The position numbers were made by a program, and so were the translations under genes. A stretch of DNA of 64,000 bases from an uncultured Bacillota bacterium (GTDB taxonomy: Bacteria > Bacillota_I > Bacilli_A > RFN20 > CAG-449): the NCBI GenBank assembly GCA_902493275.1, contig CABUOQ010000001.1, positions 28,639 to 92,638 on the forward strand, written 5' to 3'. Positions within the stretch are counted from its first letter, which is position 1, and every line of letters begins with the position of its first letter. Shown piece after piece: positions 58,736-64,000 of this stretch. Under the pieces are notes generated by a model. The model searched no databases and had not been told where the DNA came from. It worked only from the letters and a program-made list of their open reading frames with translations.

Positions 58736-61069
58736 CTATTCCTTTTCATAATTCAAGACTGGATAACCATCTTTTCCATCTTTAAAGACATTAGAAATCG
58801 ATGATGCTAAAGTTTTCAATTCATCATCATCAACTCTTTTAATCTTCATAAATTCTAAAGATTCACCCGCGCTATATTTAATATCTTCATTGACAAGATA
58901 GTAGCAATTTTCTATCATTTTAAGATTATCGCCAACAAACCCGCCGATGAGATTTATACTAGCCTCTTTAACATTTAATATCTCACTAATTGAGTAACAG
59001 TTTTTAATCAATCCTAAATCATAATTTGATCCAGCAATTCCACCAATACTCTTAAGCGAAGTAACTTCCTTTGAAATGATATTACTATGTGCATAAGATG
59101 ATTCAATATCTAAATTATTTTTACCGACTAAACCGCCAATAAATAATTCTTCACCACCGGTAGTAATAATATCTCCTTTAAAAAACGAAGTTGTAACCGA
59201 TCCATTATTTTTACCAATTAAACCACCTAAATATGAATCAATATCATTGATAGTACCATTTATTTTTCCATTTACAGAAGAATCAATTACATAACCATCT
59301 TCATTAACTCCTAATAATCCACCAAGAGATATTCCGTCTGATTTGATATTTATATCGACCTTGCTATGTACATTTCTAATTAAAGCTTTTGTAGCGTATC
59401 CAGAAAGTGAACCGCAAAAGACATTATTATTTTTAACTTCAACATTAACTGAAAATACGATACTTAAGTTTTTGACCACGCCATTTAAATAACCAAAAAT
59501 ACCTAAAAAATTCGTGGAATTCAATGATTTAATATTAATAGTAATAGTTTTATTATTACCATCAAAATATCCATTAAATGGATTAATATAAGTGCCAATT
59601 GGCGAAAAATTTTCACCATCCAAGACAATATCATTTTCTAGCACATATTTTGCGTCTAATCCATTTTTAATATTTTCAAAATCAGATGCTGATTTAATCA
59701 ATTTAAATTGATTATTGTTATCAATTTTTTTAAATGACGAATCTAAACTAGGTAAATATCCCTCTTTTAAAATAAAAACGCGTGATAATTCCAGCTTATC
59801 ATAAAGTTTTGAATCAATTATTTCTTCATATGATAAAGAGTCTAAATATAATTTTTCATTTAATGAATAGATATCTCCATTAGTTGATTTAAGCGCTTGA
59901 TGATCATAACCATAACTTAAATCAGCTTTTCCACTTAAATTATTTAAACTACTTTTAAAATTTCTTCCAATAACATTACCTGTGAAAGTATATCCTTTTC
60001 CACTGATATTATTCAAATTACTCGTGGATAAAGTATGTGTTATATAGCCACCATTGTTATCACCTACAAGACCACCTACATAACTTTGATATTCATTACT
60101 TCTACCACTGATGTTATTGATTGAAGATACACTATGCGATATTTTTCCAAAATTAAATCCACTTATTCCTCCGACATAACTAGAACTATTTTTAGCCGTT
60201 GAAATAGATGTCATATTATTTGCATAGCTAAGACAATAATCTATAATTCCATCTAATGCATTACCTCCGCCATTATAGGCGGATATTCCTCCGACAAAAG
60301 CATCTAAGTTCGTCGAGAGTGATAACGAAGCTCTATTGGTGGAAAGAATAATTTGACCTAATTCATTTCGAGAATTAATTCCTCCTAAATATGTACTTCC
60401 TAATTTGACATTAGAGATAACATTTACTTTGCCATCAACCATACATTCTCTTATTACTCCACCATGCAAATATCCGACAAGTGGCGAAATATATTTAGAG
60501 TTATTACAATTTATCTCCATGTTATTACTAACATTTAAATTATAAATTGTTCCTTTAACATATCCAAAAAGAGCACTATATTCTTTATCAGGTAAGCTAA
60601 AATTGGATATTTTAAAGCCATTACCATTAAAATAGCCATTAAATGGCTTATCATAGTTAAAGCCTAAATCAACACTTTTGCCGTTGAAATCTAAATCTGA
60701 ATTTAATTTATAATTGCCATTAGATTCAATTTTAAAGAAATCATCAATCGTATTGATTAAAGTTATATTTTTACTTTCAGTTAAAACATAGTATTCTTTT
60801 TCTGGTTCAATTGCATCGTAAACATTAATTTTTTCATACATTTTTTCATCATTATAAAAATTTAAATATGAAAGATTTTCAGGAGCAAAATCAAACAGAT
60901 CTTTTACTAATGAGTTCTCTTTAACTTCAACTTCTCTTTTTGTATTATTTTCATTAATGTATATTTTAATTAAATTATCCATAGATGAAACTATTGGCTC
61001 CTTATTGCAGGAAATTAGTAGTCCTACTACCGATAAAGGTAGTAGGAACTTGATAAAAATTTTTTTCAT
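58736..61069 (-). CDS. Surface lipoprotein with multiple GLUG-type beta-helix repeats
   Basis: Lipobox LLISC. More than 10 repeats of the form (Y/F)(V/I)GG(L/I)(V/A)G.N.G.I (for example YVGGLVGDNNGGYITH, FIGGLVGKNNLDIESS, SIGGIAGSNYDLGLIKN). Confidence 0.55.
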   Translation of the reverse strand: MKKIFIKFLLPLSVVGLLISCNKEPIVSSMDNLIKIYINENNTKREVEVKENSLVKDLFDFAPENLSYLNFYNDEKMYEKINVYDAIEPEKEYYVLTESKNITLINTIDDFFKIESNGNYKLNSDLDFNGKSVDLGFNYDKPFNGYFNGNGFKISNFSLPDKEYSALFGYVKGTIYNLNVSNNMEINCNNSKYISPLVGYLHGGVIRECMVDGKVNVISNVKLGSTYLGGINSRNELGQIILSTNRASLSLSTNLDAFVGGISAYNGGGNALDGIIDYCLSYANNMTSISTAKNSSSYVGGISGFNFGKISHSVSSINNISGRSNEYQSYVGGLVGDNNGGYITHTLSTSNLNNISGKGYTFTGNVIGRNFKSSLNNLSGKADLSYGYDHQALKSTNGDIYSLNEKLYLDSLSYEEIIDSKLYDKLELSRVFILKEGYLPSLDSSFKKIDNNNQFKLIKSASDFENIKNGLDAKYVLENDIVLDGENFSPIGTYINPFNGYFDGNNKTITINIKSLNSTNFLGIFGYLNGVVKNLSIVFSVNVEVKNNNVFCGSLSGYATKALIRNVHSKVDINIKSDGISLGGLLGVNEDGYVIDSSVNGKINGTINDIDSYLGGLIGKNNGSVTTSFFKGDIITTGGEELFIGGLVGKNNLDIESSYAHSNIISKEVTSLKSIGGIAGSNYDLGLIKNCYSISEILNVKEASINLIGGFVGDNLKMIENCYYLVNEDIKYSAGESLEFMKIKRVDDDELKTLASSISNVFKDGKDGYPVLNYEKE

Positions 61070-61071
61070 AA

Positions 61072-63108
61072 TTATAAAATAGGTGAACCGATTCCATTAA
61101 TCTCTAAAGTATTACAATTTGTCCAATTGTTAGTAACTTGAGTATTAATCTTTAAATATCTAAATGATTTATTATTTCCTTGTAATAAGGCCGTAAATAA
61201 TTGACCGCTTTCTGCACCATCAACGTTATCAGTTGTATCTAAAACTTTTGTATAGTTTTCACCATCATTTGAGATTTGAATAACAAGTTTTAATGCTTTT
61301 TCTGCAGTATAATCTTGATATTTATAAACGATATTTTCAGCTAAAACATTAATTCCTAAATCAAGTGTGATTTCATCTTCAGCAGCATAAGCATTTGAAC
61401 AATAGAATCTTTGTGAAGCCGCTTTACATGATTTATTAAGAGTCATCATACCTTCATTGACGCTTGGATCTGTTCCTTTAGCTGAACAAACAGGTTTTGT
61501 TAAAAGTGCTAAGTTACGGATAAGTGAGAATGAATATAATTTTATACCATCAACACTCTCTAAAGCACTGGCACTTGTAACTTTTAAATAGCGAGTTTGC
61601 TTATTAAAAGTATAATAACCATTCTCTAGTGTTGGAGTTACATTTTCAAAGTTTTCGTTATCATTTGAAACTGCAAATGTCGCATCATTTGGTATAGTAG
61701 CAGCATCAATCTTACCAAGATAAGAATCACTACCTAAATCGATAATATTTTGATTTAAAGATAATTTATTATTTAACTTAAATCCATTAACCTCTAATTC
61801 ACGCATGGCTGGCCAATTTCCAGTGCTATTTCCATTATAATGAATTAATAATGCTTTAACTGGGGCATTAACTTTAATTTTGAAGTAATTACTTTGTTCA
61901 GTATTAGAATTATAATCTCCTGTTTCAAGGTTAGTCCAAGTAGCACCATCAGAGGTATAATCAATTATAAATTTATGATCAGTAGCGTCAACCATAAACA
62001 TCTCAATGTTATCTACGTAATAAACATCGAGCATTTCAATTCCCATATAATGGTTTTCGTGATATTGATTAGCACAATGATAATTATCATATTTTCCATC
62101 GAACATTAATTCGGTTTCACATCCACCAGCCCAACAATCAGCGATGCCTTTAGAACCATAAGCGATATTTGTTCCTTCGCTTAAATCACTATATTCAACA
62201 TCAAACTCTTTTGATGTCGCAACAACATTATTTTCATTAATTGTCATACGAAGATAACGATAATATCCCGATGTATCGCGCTCATATATTGATCCTGTTG
62301 AAGTTCCATCATTTACTAATAGTGGCACATAAGTTTTATCATCATGTGATGCTTCAATCATGAAGCTCCAATTACTTAAATCAGCAAATTCTTGTGAAAT
62401 ATGCGTTACTTCTTTTATTTCTTGTAAATCTATTTTTAATGTTTGTTGACCATTATCTTTAGCTTTCCAATAAGTTTCGGAATTACCATCTGCGGCAAAG
62501 TCTGCACAATAACCAGCATTTTCTTCACTGCTAGCAACAATCTCATATTTTGCATTAACTTCAATTAATTTATAATTCGCATATAGAGTAATATCTTTAT
62601 TAATATAAGTTGTTTCAAAATTAAATTCGTTTTTTAAAGTCTCATCACTAGCCCAATAAAGGAATGTATAACCATTTTTAAATGGATCAGTTGGTTTATT
62701 AATTAATGTTCCTTCTTCAATAGTTCTTGTTAATTCTTCATCAGATAAAAATTCACCACCATTCAATTCAAAAGTAACAGTATAATATTTAGTTTCTTGA
62801 ATTTCTTCAAATCCAGCGTATAAAGCTAAATCACTTTTGATTTCACTAGTAAAATCGAAAAGTTCAGTTGGAAGACAACTTTGAGCTGTATACCAACCTA
62901 TAAATGAATAATGCTCTTTTACAGGATCTGTTGCTGGTTTTGTTGCCGTCTTTCCAGATTCAACTTCTTCCTTATAAAATTCTTTACCGTCAACTATATA
63001 AGAAACGGTATATGTTTGAGTTATGCTTTCAGATGTTTGAGGCTTTTGACAAGCGGTAGCAACAAGTGTAAGCGGTATCAATGATAACAATAACATTGCT
63101 TTCTTCAT
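61072..63108 (-). CDS. Surface lipoprotein with Flg_new (Listeria-Bacteroides) repeats and discoidin domains
   Basis: Lipobox ATAC. ..SFIGWYTAQSC..LALYAGF and ..GYTFLYWASD..ITLYANY (Flg_new). ..ADFAADGNSETYWKA.. discoidin signature. Confidence 0.55.
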   Translation of the reverse strand: MKKAMLLLSLIPLTLVATACQKPQTSESITQTYTVSYIVDGKEFYKEEVESGKTATKPATDPVKEHYSFIGWYTAQSCLPTELFDFTSEIKSDLALYAGFEEIQETKYYTVTFELNGGEFLSDEELTRTIEEGTLINKPTDPFKNGYTFLYWASDETLKNEFNFETTYINKDITLYANYKLIEVNAKYEIVASSEENAGYCADFAADGNSETYWKAKDNGQQTLKIDLQEIKEVTHISQEFADLSNWSFMIEASHDDKTYVPLLVNDGTSTGSIYERDTSGYYRYLRMTINENNVVATSKEFDVEYSDLSEGTNIAYGSKGIADCWAGGCETELMFDGKYDNYHCANQYHENHYMGIEMLDVYYVDNIEMFMVDATDHKFIIDYTSDGATWTNLETGDYNSNTEQSNYFKIKVNAPVKALLIHYNGNSTGNWPAMRELEVNGFKLNNKLSLNQNIIDLGSDSYLGKIDAATIPNDATFAVSNDNENFENVTPTLENGYYTFNKQTRYLKVTSASALESVDGIKLYSFSLIRNLALLTKPVCSAKGTDPSVNEGMMTLNKSCKAASQRFYCSNAYAAEDEITLDLGINVLAENIVYKYQDYTAEKALKLVIQISNDGENYTKVLDTTDNVDGAESGQLFTALLQGNNKSFRYLKINTQVTNNWTNCNTLEINGIGSPIL

Positions 63109-63263
63109 ATCTTATTCTCCTTTTTATCAGATACAATTTCATTATATATTTCATTTTTTAAAATTGCAATACATTTTAAGTTAACGTTAACCTAATATTA
63201 AAATTAATGTAAAAATAACATTTTTCATTTGCTTTTTATATATATGGTATTTATACTAATCAT

Positions 63264-64000
63264 ATGCAAACTAAACAAAAAGTAACATTAAAAGATATTG
63301 CTAATGTCGTAGGCATTTCTGTCAATTCTGTTTCTAAAGCTTTAAAAAACAAAAAAAGCATCTCTAAAGAAACAATTAAAAGAGTTAAAGAAGTTGCCGA
63401 TGAACTTGGATATATTCCTGATATTCAAGCTCAAGCTTTAAAAAACGGAAAAACTAATGTGATTGCTGTTATTTACGATAATTTATCAAATCCATATTAT
63501 TCTTTAATGCTAGAGCAAATTAATAATCAATTATTCGAAAAGAACTATGAAACAATGGTATTTGTTGATCATCACTCAATTGGATTTCTATCATCAGATA
63601 TTGCTAAAAAGGTCATTTCTTATCGTGTGGCTGGAATTTTATCTTTTCTTGAACCAACAAAAGAAGCTAAAAAAAGTATCGATGAATCTGGTTTACCTTT
63701 TATTTTAATTGGTCGTGATGGACATAACACACATGTAAATTCAATAAATTCCAATGACTATTATGGTGGTGAACTAGCGGCAAACGTTTTATTAAACAAA
63801 GGTTGCAACGGATTTTTATATTATACTAAGCACGGACAATTAGATATTAACCAAGCACGTCTAAATGGCTTCCGTGATTGTCTTTTAGATAATAATATTA
63901 ATTCTAATAATATCCATATTGTTTCAATTCAAACCGATATTCCAAATTCTGGTCCATCGCTCATTGAGACTTTGAATAACTACCAAAACATTGATGCTAT
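63264..64000 (+). CDS. LacI-family transcriptional regulator (3' end beyond the window)
   Basis: MQTKQKVTLKDIANVVGISVNSVSKALKNKKSISKETIKRVKEVADELGYIPD is the LacI HTH, followed by a periplasmic-binding-protein-like core. Absent from the ORF track because there is no stop in the window. Confidence 0.85.
   Translation, partial: MQTKQKVTLKDIANVVGISVNSVSKALKNKKSISKETIKRVKEVADELGYIPDIQAQALKNGKTNVIAVIYDNLSNPYYSLMLEQINNQLFEKNYETMVFVDHHSIGFLSSDIAKKVISYRVAGILSFLEPTKEAKKSIDESGLPFILIGRDGHNTHVNSINSNDYYGGELAANVLLNKGCNGFLYYTKHGQLDINQARLNGFRDCLLDNNINSNNIHIVSIQTDIPNSGPSLIETLNNYQNIDA

Noticed and set aside
55007-62109. ORFs 55007-55189, 55736-55921, 58174-58455 and 61894-62109
   Set aside because: Antisense within or overlapping the large surface-protein genes.

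Overview
This is an AT-rich Firmicutes-type chromosomal window. Bacillus-like housekeeping synteny runs secDF-spoVB-like-DUF421-ruvBA, obg-rpmA-prp-rplU-spoIVFB/FA-like, radC-valS, spoVID/ysxE-like-engB-lon-tig and tyrS. Three accessory blocks interrupt it. (1) 20.0-29.1 kb sits between tig and tyrS. It holds two paralogous 235/240-aa lipoprotein genes in duplicated cassettes, each followed by an orphan 3' fragment of a homolog of the 293-aa gene at 27219-28100. It also holds two copies of a roughly 1-kb frameshifted IS (DDE transposase) remnant and a 906-aa secreted HExxH/PPC protein. (2) 32.5-33.6 kb encodes a lipoprotein with a clear barnase-family RNase domain; no barstar-like gene is present in the window. 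(3) 44.8-52.4 kb and 55.2-63.1 kb are surface-protein operons. They include a lipoprotein built from three near-identical 519-bp tandem repeats of an unrecognised roughly 173-aa domain, with one further copy in the next gene. They also include a membrane-embedded alpha/beta-hydrolase, a GH-like discoidin lipoprotein, a GLUG-repeat lipoprotein and a Flg_new/discoidin lipoprotein, with a LacI regulator at the window edge. Other points: T-box leaders lie ahead of valS and tyrS. A 56-aa peptide with a double-glycine-type leader (absent from the >=60-aa ORF track) sits between valS and radC. A fused double-activase/2-hydroxyacyl-CoA-dehydratase-like pair lies next to an NCS2 permease. An M6-like lipoprotein metalloprotease is present. 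A LysR regulator is followed by a flavodiiron protein. All homology calls rest on motifs read by eye, because no searches could be run.
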